Assembly: GCA_964291285.2 (NCBI GenBank) | Contig: OZ219788.1 | Span: 32,001-96,000, forward strand | Direction: 5' to 3' | Length of the DNA: 64,000 nucleotides | DNA from: Alphaproteobacteria bacterium | GTDB lineage: Bacteria > Pseudomonadota > Alphaproteobacteria > Bin95 | Part shown: positions 20,001 through 29,216 of the stretch, piece by piece | Layout: each line of letters begins with the position of its first letter | Numbering within the stretch: the stretch's first letter is position 1 | Position numbers and translations under genes: made by a program | Notes under the pieces: model-generated | The model's database searches: none | The model's input: the letters and a program-made list of their open reading frames with translations, nothing else | What the model was told of the DNA's origin: nothing

Positions 20001-20534
20001 CTGCGCGTCGAACCGATCCGCACGCTGCCGGGCCTGGTGCGGCGGGGGCGCAATGCGGTGAACATCGCAGGCACCGTGCTCTCGAAACAGGAACGCACAT
20101 CGAGACGCGGCAACCGTTTCGCTTTCGTCGCCGTTTCCGACAGTTCCGGCCAGTCGGAGATCACGCTGTTCTCGGAAGTGCTGGCTTCGGCGCGGACGCT
20201 GCTCGATACCGGGAAACCGCTGCTGTTCGCCTGCGAAGCCGCCATGGACGGCGAGGATGTCCGCCTCACCGCGAAAAGCGTCGAGCCGCTGGACGCGGCA
20301 GTCGGCAAGACCGGCAACGGCGTCAGCATCTTCATCGACAATTTCGAGGCCCTGCCCCGCATCCAGAGCGTGCTGCAGCGGGAACCGGCCGGCCGCGGCG
20401 AGGTCCGGATCCTGTTCGACATGGACAGGACGCATGAAGTCCAGATGTCGCTCGGCAGCCGCTTCACCGTCACACCCGGCATGCTCGCCGAGTTGAAGGC
20501 GATGAGGAATATCGAGGAAATTCAGGAGATTTAG
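17088..20534 (+). CDS. dnaE: DNA polymerase III alpha subunit
   Basis: FVHLRVHSAYSL, GPGRGSGAGS, SMPDFDIDF, KFDFLGL, YQEQ, YGFNKSH. Confidence 0.98.
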   Translation: MPHADFVHLRVHSAYSLSEGAVRIEDLVSLCRQSCMPAVAVTDSGNLFGAMEFAVYASQAGIQPIVGTLLTVGDEPRRRTRHDDEPAPVLLLAQNETGYRNLLELVTASFLETPGTDAPHVEWSRLEGRTDGVIALSGGPRGPVGRALAEGRTEFARQLLERLSALFPGRLYVELMRHGDGGRQEEEEASIELAYALDLPLVATNDVHFGSEDDYEAHDALLCIASARRVEEEDRPRLTPDHRFKTAEEMRALFADLPEAADNTLVIARRCAFMPTESEPILPAFDPGVDEAEELRRLAREGLEARLAEHVFPQGAGEEDAKPYRERLEYELGVIVDMKFPGYFLIVSEFIRWAKNQGIPVGPGRGSGAGSVVAWALQITDLDPLRWGLLFERFLNPERVSMPDFDIDFCQDRRDEVIAHVQDRYGHDRVAQIITFGKLQARAALRDVGRVLGMPFGQVDRISKLVPHNPANPPKLEDAVANEPALQSMRDEDETVGQLIHLALKLEGLYRHASTHAAGVVIADRPLQHIAPLYCDRGSSDIPAVQFSMKWAEASGLVKFDFLGLKTLTVLEDARKLLAEKGIEIDLLKLPLDDKKTFEMLSRGDTVGVFQMEGAGMRDTLKKLKPTRFEDLIAVVALYRPGPMENIPTYIKRKHGSENIDYMYETLQPILEETYGIIIYQEQVMQIAQVLSGYTLGGADLLRRAMGKKIQSEMDAQRETFINGAVSRGVEPKLAEKIFNLVDKFAGYGFNKSHAAAYALIAYQTAWLKANHPVEFMAASMTHELGNTDKLAPLLRELDRMDVALLPPDVQRSGALFQVEAAPDGAPAIRYALAAVKSVGRAAMEAVERERTSGGPFKTPFDFAGRLGPRALNSRLLEKLAEAGAFDTLEPDRARVFAGAEMLMRHAAVEEEERTTNQTNLFGAVEDFVPDPKLPNAPHWEPMERLQHEFDATGFYLSAHPLDEYERYFPRLRVEPIRTLPGLVRRGRNAVNIAGTVLSKQERTSRRGNRFAFVAVSDSSGQSEITLFSEVLASARTLLDTGKPLLFACEAAMDGEDVRLTAKSVEPLDAAVGKTGNGVSIFIDNFEALPRIQSVLQREPAGRGEVRILFDMDRTHEVQMSLGSRFTVTPGMLAELKAMRNIEEIQEI

Positions 20535-20550
20535 GCTCTCCGGCGGTCTC

Positions 20551-21621
20551 CTACTCTCCCCGGCGCGCCGCCGGCCAGAGCATGCGGGCGAGCAGCGCCG
20601 CGCCGATCACCACGACGAAGAGGCGCCCGGTGTGGTGCGTCGCCACGAAGGCGACATCGATGTCGAGCGACAGCGCAATCAGGTTCATTTCGGCGAAGCC
20701 GCCGGGCGTGTAGGCGAGGTGGACGGCCCTGAAGTCGAAACCGCCCGCTGCCGCCACCAGCGCGGCGACGAGGAAAGCCACAGCCAGGAAGAACGCGTAA
20801 TACATGACCGAGACGGCCACCGTGCGCCCCAGCTCCCGCGGGCGCACGCCGACGAAGCGCGCCCCTGCCCCGCAGCCGATGAATATCTGGGCCACGGCGA
20901 GAAGTTCGGTCGGCGGGCGCGACGCCGTCAGGCCGCCGATATGCGCGGCCGCGCTCACCAGCATCGGCCCGACCATCTGCCAGGCCGGAATGCGCAGCAG
21001 CCTGGCCGCGCCGCCGCCGATGACGGCGGATGCCGCGAGCACGGCCCAGTCATGGAGGCTCAGGTCCGTCAGCCGGGACCCGCCGAGATCGGGCGGCGGC
21101 ACATAGTCGGTGAGCAGCCGGTAGGCCGGCGGCACGATGAACATCACCATCAGGATGCGGGTCGAGTGGGACAGCAGGATGGCGCGCTCGTCCGCGCCCA
21201 TCGACGGGCCGAGCAGCGCCATCTCGCCCAGGCCGCCCGGCGCGGCGCAGAAGAAGGCCGTCCGCCGGTCCATGCGCCCGACCCGGCGGAAGAACCAGGC
21301 GCCGGCCGCCGCGCCGGCGATGGTGAAGGCAAGCATGCCCGCAAACACGCCGCCCCACGTCGCCAGCCGGTCCAGCACGTCGGGCGCGAAGGCGGCGCCG
21401 AGCATCACGCCCAGCACGACCATCCACACGCGCCGCACATCGTTCGGCATGTAGAGGCGCACGCCCGCAAGCGCCGCGACGGTGCAGGCGAACAGGCTGC
21501 CCATCATCCAGGGCAGGGGGCTCTGGATCAGGGTGAACAGCCAGCCGCCGCACGCGCCGATCGCGAGCGTCTTGAGAAGCAGGGGCCAGTTCCGCGCGAG
21601 CTCGCGCACTGCGCGCCTCAC
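20551..21621 (-). CDS. AbrB-family duplicated membrane protein
   Basis: [17 protein letters not shown] and TPGGFAEM repeats; GTG start overlaps the nadK stop. Confidence 0.85.
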   Translation of the reverse strand: MRRAVRELARNWPLLLKTLAIGACGGWLFTLIQSPLPWMMGSLFACTVAALAGVRLYMPNDVRRVWMVVLGVMLGAAFAPDVLDRLATWGGVFAGMLAFTIAGAAAGAWFFRRVGRMDRRTAFFCAAPGGLGEMALLGPSMGADERAILLSHSTRILMVMFIVPPAYRLLTDYVPPPDLGGSRLTDLSLHDWAVLAASAVIGGGAARLLRIPAWQMVGPMLVSAAAHIGGLTASRPPTELLAVAQIFIGCGAGARFVGVRPRELGRTVAVSVMYYAFFLAVAFLVAALVAAAGGFDFRAVHLAYTPGGFAEMNLIALSLDIDVAFVATHHTGRLFVVVIGAALLARMLWPAARRGE

Positions 21622-22385
21622 GGTTGGAACTGCTCCTTCAGGATACGCTCCTCCAGGCTCCGGTCGGGATCGAACAGCAGCTGCAGCTCCGTCCCCTCGT
21701 CCCGGTGGACCAGCACCTCGGCGGCGTCGCGCACTTCGGTGAAGTCGGCGACCGCGCTCACCGGCCGCTTGCGGGCCTCGAGAACGGTCAGCCGCACGGC
21801 CACCGTGTCGGGCAGGATCGCGCCCGGCCACCGCCGCGGCCGGAAGGCGCTGATCGGCGTGATGCAGAGCGACTGTCCCCGGAGCGGCAGGATGGGCCCG
21901 TGCGCGGAGAGGTTGTAGGCCGTGCTGCCGGCGGGCGTCGCAACGATGACGCCGTCGCACATCAGTTCCTCCATCCGCACCACGCCGTCCACCTCGATGC
22001 AGACCTTCGCCGTCTGCCGCGTCTCGCGCAGCAGCGAGACTTCGTTGATGGCGCGGGCCCGGCGCATCTGCCCGGCAAGCGTGCGCGCTTCCATCAGCAG
22101 CGGGTGGAGGCTGACCGTCTCGGCGGCCCCGATCCGTTCGGGCAGGTCCTCGACCCGGAACCCGTTCATCAGGAAGCCGACGCTGCCGCGGTTCATGCCG
22201 TAGATGGGCGGCGGGCGGTCGCCGAAGCTGTGCAGGGTCTCCAGCATGAAACCGTCGCCGCCGATCGCCACGACGATGTCCGCCTCCGCCGGCGGCCTGT
22301 CGCCATAGGCGGCCGCAAGCGCCCGGCGCGCCTCCTGCGCCGCGGGCGTCTCGGCGGCAACGAACGCCAGGCTGGGACCGGTCAT
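21618..22385 (-). CDS. nadK: NAD kinase
   Basis: [41 protein letters not shown]. Confidence 0.95.
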   Translation of the reverse strand: MTGPSLAFVAAETPAAQEARRALAAAYGDRPPAEADIVVAIGGDGFMLETLHSFGDRPPPIYGMNRGSVGFLMNGFRVEDLPERIGAAETVSLHPLLMEARTLAGQMRRARAINEVSLLRETRQTAKVCIEVDGVVRMEELMCDGVIVATPAGSTAYNLSAHGPILPLRGQSLCITPISAFRPRRWPGAILPDTVAVRLTVLEARKRPVSAVADFTEVRDAAEVLVHRDEGTELQLLFDPDRSLEERILKEQFQP

Positions 22386-22403
22386 CGAAAAAAGGCGGCC
22401 GCG

Positions 22404-23426
22404 TCAGCCGCCGGTCACGCTCATATGGCGCGGCACCGAGACCGCGCCCCGCCGCCGGTCGATGACGAAATCGTGGCCCTTGGGCTTGCGCGAGATCGCC
22501 TCGCGCACGGCCTCTTCCAGCGGGGCGTCGTCCGCATCGGCCCTGAGCGGCGCGCGGAGGTCGGCGGCATCCTCCTGGCCGAGGCACATATAGAGCGTGC
22601 CGGTGCAGGTCAGCCGCACCCGGTTGCAGCTTTCGCAGAAATTGTGCGTGAGCGGCGTGATGAAGCCGATCCGCCGCCCGGTTTCCTCGACGGTGGCATA
22701 GCGCGCCGGGCCGCCCGTATTGTAGTCGGTCTCGGTCAGCGTCCAGTTGCGCTCGATCTTCGCGCGCACCATCGAGAGCGGCATGTACTGGTCGAGGCGG
22801 TCCTCGCCGATGTCGCCCATCGGCATGACCTCGATGATGACGAGGTCGAAGCCGCGCTCGCCGCACCAGGCGATCATGGCGTCGAATTCATCGTCATTGA
22901 CGCCGCGCAGCGCGACCATGTTGATCTTGACCGCAAGCCCCGCGGCCTGCGCCGCGTCCAGCCCGGCCATGACCTGCTCGAAGCGGCCCCAGCGGGTGAT
23001 CTCCTTGAATTTCGCCGGATCGAGCGTGTCGAGCGACACGTTCACCCGGCGCATGCCGGCTTCGTAGAGGCCTTCCGAGAAGCGGCCGAGCTGGCTGCCG
23101 TTGGTGGTGATCGTGAGTTCCTCGAGCCCGCCCCCGTCGAGATGGCGGCCGAGCGAGCGGATGAGCTGCATGACGTTGCGCCGCATCAGCGGCTCGCCGC
23201 CGGTCAGCCGCAGTTTGGCCACGCCCATGCGCACGAAGGCGCTGCACAGCCGGTCGAGCTCCTCCAGCGTCAGCAGGTCGCGCTTCGGCAGGAACGTCAT
23301 GTGCTCCGACATGCAGTAGACGCAGCGGAAGTCGCAGCGGTCGGTCACCGAGACGCGCAGATAGGTGATCGCGCGCCCGAACGGGTCGATGACAGGCGCC
23401 GCGCCGCCCCAGGGGCCGCCGTCCAT
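22404..23426 (-). CDS. moaA: GTP 3',8-cyclase
   Basis: CDFRCVYC radical-SAM motif, [10 protein letters not shown]-terminal MSVTGG. Confidence 0.97.
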   Translation of the reverse strand: MDGGPWGGAAPVIDPFGRAITYLRVSVTDRCDFRCVYCMSEHMTFLPKRDLLTLEELDRLCSAFVRMGVAKLRLTGGEPLMRRNVMQLIRSLGRHLDGGGLEELTITTNGSQLGRFSEGLYEAGMRRVNVSLDTLDPAKFKEITRWGRFEQVMAGLDAAQAAGLAVKINMVALRGVNDDEFDAMIAWCGERGFDLVIIEVMPMGDIGEDRLDQYMPLSMVRAKIERNWTLTETDYNTGGPARYATVEETGRRIGFITPLTHNFCESCNRVRLTCTGTLYMCLGQEDAADLRAPLRADADDAPLEEAVREAISRKPKGHDFVIDRRRGAVSVPRHMSVTGG

Positions 23427-23499
23427 CGTTTAATGCCCTCCTCCACCCTGTGCAGGGCAATATAGACAGCGGGCGCCCGCCCCGCCAGCCCCCGCGCCC

Positions 23500-24217
23500 C
23501 CCAACCGTCACCCCCGCTACACCACCGCCTGCCCCCGCGCCCCCCAACCGTCACCCCCGCGAAGGCGGGGGGCCATCCCTGACCGTTCGCGTCCGCCGCG
23601 GCCGGTGGAGGGCAGGCTCAACCGCCGAGGCCGCCGGGAGAGTCCGGGATGGGTCCCGGCTCGGGGGCCGGGATGACGACATGGGCCCCGGCTCGGGGGC
23701 CGGGGCGACCCCCGCCTTCGCGGGCCGCTATCCCCGCCCCTCATCCTGAGTAGCGACCGCGCCAGCAGCCTGTCCTGAGCCTGTCGAAGGGGACGGCCGC
23801 TGCGGTTCGGGACGGTCCTTCGATACGCGCCGCTCCCGGCTGGCGCCGGAAGCGGCGCTACTCAGGATGAGGGGTGGGCAGAGCGACGATGCGGCCCCCA
23901 ACCGTCACCCCCGCGAAGGCGGGGGGCCATCCCTGACCGTTCGCGTCCGCCGCGGCCGGTGGAGGGCGGCTCAACCGCCGAGGCCGCCGGGAGGGTCCGG
24001 GTCCCGGCTCGGGGGCCGGGATGACGACATGGGCCCCGGCTCGGGGGCCGGGGCGACCCCCGCCTTCGCGGGCCGCTATCCCCGCCCCTCATCCTGAGTA
24101 GCGACCGCGCCAGCGGGCGCGTATCGAAGGACGGCGGCTGCGGTTCGGGACGGTCCTTCGATACGCGCCGCTCCCGGCTGGCGCCGGAAGCGGCGCTACT
24201 CAGGATGAGGGGCGGGC
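23500..24217. repeat. Mosaic array of palindromic repeats; two ~340-bp tandem units
   Basis: CGTCACCCCCGCGAAGGCGGGGGGCCA at 23549 and 23903; reverse CGTCATCCCGGCCCCCGAGCCGGGACCC; CCTCATCCTGAGTAGCG..TCGAAGG inverted doublets at 23737-23874 and 24085-24212. Confidence 0.9.
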
Positions 24218-24264
24218 ATGGTCCCTATGCGTCGCCCCCGTCGACAGGCGGGGGTCGGCAGGGC

Positions 24265-24561
24265 CTACGCGGCGACCGGCTGGAGCAGGGCGACGATGAG
24301 CGCGCCCTGCGCCGCCAGCAGGGCCGCCATGACGCCCACCATGCGCCAGGTCATGCGGGTCTCGAGCGCCGCGAGTTCCACCTTGAGGTCGGCGATATCC
24401 GCCTTGACGGCTGCAAGGTCCGCCTTCGTCGCCAGTTCCCCGCGGTCCGCCCCGGCGGCGGCGCGGGCGGTGGCGATGATGGCCTTCGCCTTCTCCGCGT
24501 CGAGGCCGGCGTCCTGAAGCGCCTCGGCGGCGGCGAGGGTGTCGAATGCGGCGCCCGTCAT
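24265..24561 (-). CDS. CCDC90/DUF1640-like coiled-coil protein with C-terminal TM helix
   Basis: FDTLAAAEALQDAG...ELATKADL...TWRMVGVMAALL. Confidence 0.8.
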   Translation of the reverse strand: MTGAAFDTLAAAEALQDAGLDAEKAKAIIATARAAAGADRGELATKADLAAVKADIADLKVELAALETRMTWRMVGVMAALLAAQGALIVALLQPVAA

Positions 24562-24705
24562 GGCGCGCAGGTTAGGCCGCCCGCCGCCCCGCCGTCAAGC
24601 GCGCCGGGGCCTGCCCCCAACCTGAGCAGCGCCGCTTCCGCTGCCTTCCGACCCCCCTCCTGCCGGGCGGGACGGGGATTTGCGGGCGCTTCCCACCCCT
24701 TGTAT

Positions 24706-25380
24706 CTCTGAGTAGCGCCAGCCGGGAGCGGCGCTGCTCAGGATGAGGGGTGGGCAGAGCGGCGGTGCCCCCCCAACCGTCACCCCCGCGAAGGCGGGGG
24801 GCCATCCCTGACTGTTTGCGTCCGCCGCAGCCGGTCGAGGCAGGGCCGGACCGCCGAAGCCGCCGGGAGGGTCCGGGGTCCCGGCTCGGGGGCCGGGATG
24901 ACGACATGGGCCCCGGCTCGGGGGCCGGGGCGACCCCCGCCTTCGCGGGGGCAGGCGGGCGGGGGCCGCACCGTCCGCCTTCGCGGGCCGCCATCCCCGC
25001 TACACCACCGCCTGCCCCCGCGCGCCCCAACCGTCACCCCCGCGAAGGCGGGGGGCCATCCCTGACTGTTTGCGCCGCCGCAGCCGGTCGAGGCAGGGCC
25101 GGGCCGCCGAGGCTGCCGGGAGAGTCCGGGATGGGCCCCGGCTCGGGGGCCGGGGCGACGAGCGGGGGCCGCACCGTCCGCCTGCACGGGCCGTCACCCC
25201 CGCGAAGGCGGGGGGCCATCCCTGACTGTTTGCGCCGCCGCAGCCGGTCGAGGCAGGGCCGGGCCACCGAGGCTGCCGGGAGAGTCCGGGTCCCGGCTCG
25301 GGGGCCGGGATGACGACATGGGCCCCGGCTCGGGGGCCGGGGCGACCCCCGCCTTCGCGGGGGCAGGCGGGCGGGGGCCG
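24706..25380. repeat. Second mosaic array of the same palindromic repeats
   Basis: CGTCACCCCCGCGAAGGCGGGGGGCCA at 24778, 25032 and 25192; GGGCCCCGGCTCGGGGGCCGGGGCGAC copies; partial CTCAGGATGAGGGG copy. Confidence 0.9.
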
Positions 25381-25514
25381 CGGGGGGATCGGCCGGGCGG
25401 GCCTTGCCGGGGCGGGGTTGCGAAAGCGTTTGTCTGCGCTTGAATCTGAAATATGGTAATTGTCCATGTTGAGAAAATGGATTTTCCGATGATTTGGCGT
25501 CAGGGGAGGGTTCC

Positions 25515-28412
25515 ATGGTTGGAGGCAGGCCGGGCATCGGGCCGCGGACCGGGATCGTTGCGGGCGCGACCCCGCGCGTCGAACGCGGTATAATTAGCGC
25601 CGAGCGCCGAGCGCCGAGCGCCGAGCGCCGAGCGCCGAGCGCCGAGCGCCGAGCGCCGAGCGCCGAGCGCCGAGCGCCGAGCGCCGAGCGCCGAGCGCCG
25701 AGCGCCGAGCGCCGAGCGCCGAGCGCCGAGCGCCGAGCGCCGAGCGCCGAGCGCCGAGCCACATCTCCGTCCCCCGCCGGTGCGCGGGGGCAGGCCAGCG
25801 GTAGCCGCAGCCTTCGGGAGTGTTTCCGCCGCCTAGCCGTCCCCTTCCTGCTCGCCCTGTCCGCGCTTGCCTTCGCGCCGGCGGCCGAGGCGCAGGATCG
25901 GCCGGCCACGCCCACCGGCTTCACGGCGACGCAGTCTGCCTCGGGCGTCGGCATCGAGCTCAGGTGGGACGCGGACACGGACCCGGTGGAACCCGGCGAA
26001 TCGATCACCGGCTTCAGGATCGACTGGCGGCCGTCTGTTGCGGGCAGCGACTGGGTCGCCAACCCCCCGACCGGGATGAAGACGATCAACAACGGGACCA
26101 TCGTCAATATCGCGATTACCGACACCCAGGACAGCCTGCAGCCCGATACCGAATACGATTTCCGCATCCGCTCCATGCGCTCCGGGAGCGCGCCAACAAA
26201 CAGTTGGTTCTCGGGCAAAGTCACGGAAAGGACGGCGAGCCGGGCGAGCGTGTCCATCGCGACCGACCCGTCGCCGCTGACCGAGGCGGACCTGGACGGA
26301 GCGCGGCTGACACTGGACCTTGTGGGAGTCGAGTACATCTCCTCCCTGTCGCCGGGCAGTTTCACCATGCCGGGGGTCCTCAGCGGCCTGTCCATCGCGT
26401 CGGTGAACCGCGTAAGCAACACCCGGGCCGTGCTGACGCTGGCCTTCAACGGCGACTTCGCCGGGGTCCAGCAGTTCCTGACGATACACGTCCCGCCCGG
26501 GTCCCACACAGGGACCTTCACTCTGTTGGCGGCCCCGGTCACGGTGACGCCGAGGCCGCCGCCGCCCGGCCCGGCCCCGGCGGCGCCGGCGGCGCGGGTC
26601 GTCACCGATCCGCCGCGGCTGACCGAGGACAATGCCGACGACGCGACCGTGACCCTGCGGCTGGCGGGCGCGACGTGGGAGGACCCGATTCCCACAAACG
26701 GCGTCACGGTCACCGGCCTGCCGGACGGCATGGAGGCAAGCGAGCCGGCGCGCGTGTCCGACAGCGAGGCGCGGATCACGCTCTCCTACACGCCCGAGGG
26801 CGCGGACGGGCTGGAGGGCGACGCCGTGCTGACGGTGACGGCCGCGGCCGCCTCGCACAGCGGCCCGGCGGCGCTGACCGGGACCGTGACGGTCCACGCC
26901 CGGAGCGCCCCGGCGGCGCTGGCGGCGACGCGCTGGCTGTCGCGGTTCGGGCGCACGGTGGCGGACCATGTGATGGCGGCGGTCGGCGCGCGGCTTTCGG
27001 AGCCGGCGGGACAGGACGACCGGCTCAGGCTGGCGGGGCGCTCCCTCTACTCCCCTGCCGCCTTGCTTAACCCCCCTCCCGCTCGGCGGGAGGGGTCGGG
27101 GGAGGGCCTCGCGGCGTGCGCGGCCGCTTGCGGGGCTTCGCCCGCCGCCGCGCTGGACGCGGCGAACGTTGCGAATGGCGGCGTTGGCGCCGCCGGCCTG
27201 GCGGCCGGCCCCCTCACCCGTCCTCTCCCCGCAGGCGGGGAGAGGGGAATTGCGGCGGCGCAGGCGCTCACGCCCCGCGACCTGCTGGCGGGGACCTCCT
27301 TCCGCGTCTCGGCGGCCGGGGGCGGCGGCGTGGCGAACGCCGGCTGGACCGCTTGGGGGCGGGTGGACCTGTCGCGCTTCGACGAGGACGAAGGCGGCCT
27401 CTCGCTCGACGGCGACACCATGACCGCCACGGTCGGCGCCGACATGCGGCGCGGGCGGCTGCTGGCCGGGGTCGCGGCCGCGCACAGCGCCGGCAGCGGC
27501 GAGTACCGGGACGTTGGCGGGGCGGCGGGCGACCTCGACGCCTCGCTCGCCTCGGTGCATCCCTATGTGCGCGTCGAGGCGGCGGGCGGGCTGTCCCTCT
27601 GGGGCGTGCTCGGCTGGGGCGGGGGCGACATGACGCTCGACCGCCGCGACGGCGACGATGAGAAGGCCGACCTCGAAATGACGATGGCGGGCGCGGGCGC
27701 GCGGGGTCCGCTGCCGGCGCCGTCTGCGGGCATGGCGCTGGCGTTGCGCGCGGAGGCGTTCGGCTCGCGGATCGAGGCCGACGGCGGCGGCGATGCGCTG
27801 AAGGGCGCGGAGGCCGAGGCGTGGCGGATGCGCCTTGCGCTGGAAGCCTCCTGGGACGAGACGGAGGCAGGCCTGCGCCCGTCTGCGGAACTCGGCCTGC
27901 GGCATGACGGCGGCGACGGGGAGACCGGGACCGGGGCGGAACTGGGCGGCGGCGTCGCCTGGGCCGGCCCGGACGGTCTGTCGGCCTCGCTCCGGGCGCG
28001 GGCGCTGCTGGACGGCGACGGGGTCTCCGAGTGGGGCGGCGGGGCGATGCTGGCCTATGCGCCCGGCGCGGACGGGCGGGGGCTGCGGCTCTCGCTCGCG
28101 CCGTCGGTGGGCGCGGCCGAGGGCGGCGTCGAGCGGCTCTGGCGCGCGGACGCGGCGGCGCTCGCAGGCGAACGGGACGCCCGGCCGCGCCTCGACGCCA
28201 AGGCGGGCTACGGCATCGCGGTGATGGGCGGGCGCGGCCTGCTGACCCCCCATGCGGGCCTCTCCCTCTCGGACGCCGACGACCGCCGCACCCGCCTGGG
28301 CGCGCGCCTCACGCTCGCCCCCGGCGCGGACCTCGCCCTCGCCGCCGAACGCACCGACCGCACCGCCGGCCCCGAACACGCGCTCACCCTGGGCGCCCGC
28401 CTGCGCTGGTAG
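25515..28412 (+). CDS. Autotransporter-like surface protein (FN3/Ig-like passenger, C-terminal beta-barrel)
   Basis: GGGGAGG RBS; signal peptide LAVPFLLALSALAFAPAAEA; FN3-like LRWD..FRIDWR..LQPDTEYDFRIR; WLSRFGRTVA helix; ends LGARLRW. Confidence 0.85.
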   Translation: MVGGRPGIGPRTGIVAGATPRVERGIISAERRAPSAERRAPSAERRAPSAERRAPSAERRAPSAERRAPSAERRAPSAERRATSPSPAGARGQASGSRSLRECFRRLAVPFLLALSALAFAPAAEAQDRPATPTGFTATQSASGVGIELRWDADTDPVEPGESITGFRIDWRPSVAGSDWVANPPTGMKTINNGTIVNIAITDTQDSLQPDTEYDFRIRSMRSGSAPTNSWFSGKVTERTASRASVSIATDPSPLTEADLDGARLTLDLVGVEYISSLSPGSFTMPGVLSGLSIASVNRVSNTRAVLTLAFNGDFAGVQQFLTIHVPPGSHTGTFTLLAAPVTVTPRPPPPGPAPAAPAARVVTDPPRLTEDNADDATVTLRLAGATWEDPIPTNGVTVTGLPDGMEASEPARVSDSEARITLSYTPEGADGLEGDAVLTVTAAAASHSGPAALTGTVTVHARSAPAALAATRWLSRFGRTVADHVMAAVGARLSEPAGQDDRLRLAGRSLYSPAALLNPPPARREGSGEGLAACAAACGASPAAALDAANVANGGVGAAGLAAGPLTRPLPAGGERGIAAAQALTPRDLLAGTSFRVSAAGGGGVANAGWTAWGRVDLSRFDEDEGGLSLDGDTMTATVGADMRRGRLLAGVAAAHSAGSGEYRDVGGAAGDLDASLASVHPYVRVEAAGGLSLWGVLGWGGGDMTLDRRDGDDEKADLEMTMAGAGARGPLPAPSAGMALALRAEAFGSRIEADGGGDALKGAEAEAWRMRLALEASWDETEAGLRPSAELGLRHDGGDGETGTGAELGGGVAWAGPDGLSASLRARALLDGDGVSEWGGGAMLAYAPGADGRGLRLSLAPSVGAAEGGVERLWRADAAALAGERDARPRLDAKAGYGIAVMGGRGLLTPHAGLSLSDADDRRTRLGARLTLAPGADLALAAERTDRTAGPEHALTLGARLRW
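25596..25756 (+). repeat. Perfect heptamer tandem repeat (AGCGCCG)x23 in the 5' coding region
   Basis: 161 bp counted directly; translates as SAERRAP repeats. Confidence 0.95.
27071..27247. repeat. In-frame palindromic doublet inside the autotransporter CDS
   Basis: CCCCCTCCCGCTCGGCGGGAGGGGTCGGGGGAGGG ... CCCTCACCCGTCCTCTCCCCGCAGGCGGGGAGAGGGG. Confidence 0.65.
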
Positions 28413-28413
28413 G

Positions 28414-28654
28414 GTCCTTCGATACGCACCGCTTCCGGCTGACGCCGGAAGCGGCGCTACTCAGGATGAGGGGTGGGGCAGGCCCCTCTTCGCCGCCCCG
28501 GACACTCGCGGGATGACAGTTGGGGAGGCCGCACCGCCGCTCTCCTCTTCCCTCATCCTGAGTAGCGCCGGCCTTCGCCCCGCGAAGGCCGGCGCGTATC
28601 GAAGGACGGTCCCGAGCCCGTCGAAGGGGCCTGCCCTGAGCCCGTCGAAGGGGG
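28414..28654. repeat. Palindromic repeats left of the GIY-YIG gene
   Basis: Reverse copy 28414-28473, forward copy 28550-28607, then two CC(C/T)GAGCCCGTCGAAGGG units. Confidence 0.9.
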
Positions 28655-28690
28655 CGGCGGCTTCCCGTGTTCCCGTGCTATACCGCCGCC

Positions 28691-29026
28691 ATGCCGCACG
28701 AACCGCCGACCCGTGTTTACATGCTGCGCTGCGCGGACGGCAGCTTCTACACGGGGGTGACGCGGCGGCCCCTGGAGGAGCGCGTGCGCGAGCATGAGAG
28801 CGGGGCGGTCGCGGGCTATACGCAGAGCCGCCGTCCGGTGGAGCTGGTGTGGTCCGAGGAGTTCCAGTGGGCGGCCGATGCGATTGCGATGGAGCGGCGG
28901 GTCAAGGGCTGGTCGCGGCGCAAGAAGCGCGCCCTGGCGGCGGGGGACTGGGAGGCGCTGAAACGGGCCGCGAAGAAGGACTTCGGGGCGCGACCGTCCC
29001 CCGGCAGCCGCCCCGGCCCCGAATAA
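28691..29026 (+). CDS. Stand-alone GIY-YIG nuclease (UPF0213-like)
   Basis: VYMLRCADGSFYTGVT..LEERVREH..GYT..RRPVELVWSE..AIAMERRVKGWSRRKK. Confidence 0.92.
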   Translation: MPHEPPTRVYMLRCADGSFYTGVTRRPLEERVREHESGAVAGYTQSRRPVELVWSEEFQWAADAIAMERRVKGWSRRKKRALAAGDWEALKRAAKKDFGARPSPGSRPGPE

Positions 29027-29039
29027 CGCCGCCGCGCCA

Positions 29040-29216
29040 GTCCTTCGATACGCGCCGCTTCCGGCTGGCGCCGGAAGCGGCGCTACTCAGGATGAGGGGT
29101 TGGGGGACGCCGGCGCGGCCTATCCCCGTTCGGGACAGCCGTTCCCTCTTCCCCTCACCCTGAGTAGCGGCGTCAGTCGCGTATCGAAGGGGCCTGCCCC
29201 GAGCCCGTCGAAGGGG
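29040..29216. repeat. Palindromic repeats right of the GIY-YIG gene
   Basis: Reverse copy 29040-29099, forward copy 29151-29191, then CCCGAGCCCGTCGAAGGG. Confidence 0.9.

Noticed and set aside
23500-25380. CRISPR array
   Set aside because: Repeats alternate in orientation, intervening sequences are themselves repeated, and no cas genes are present.
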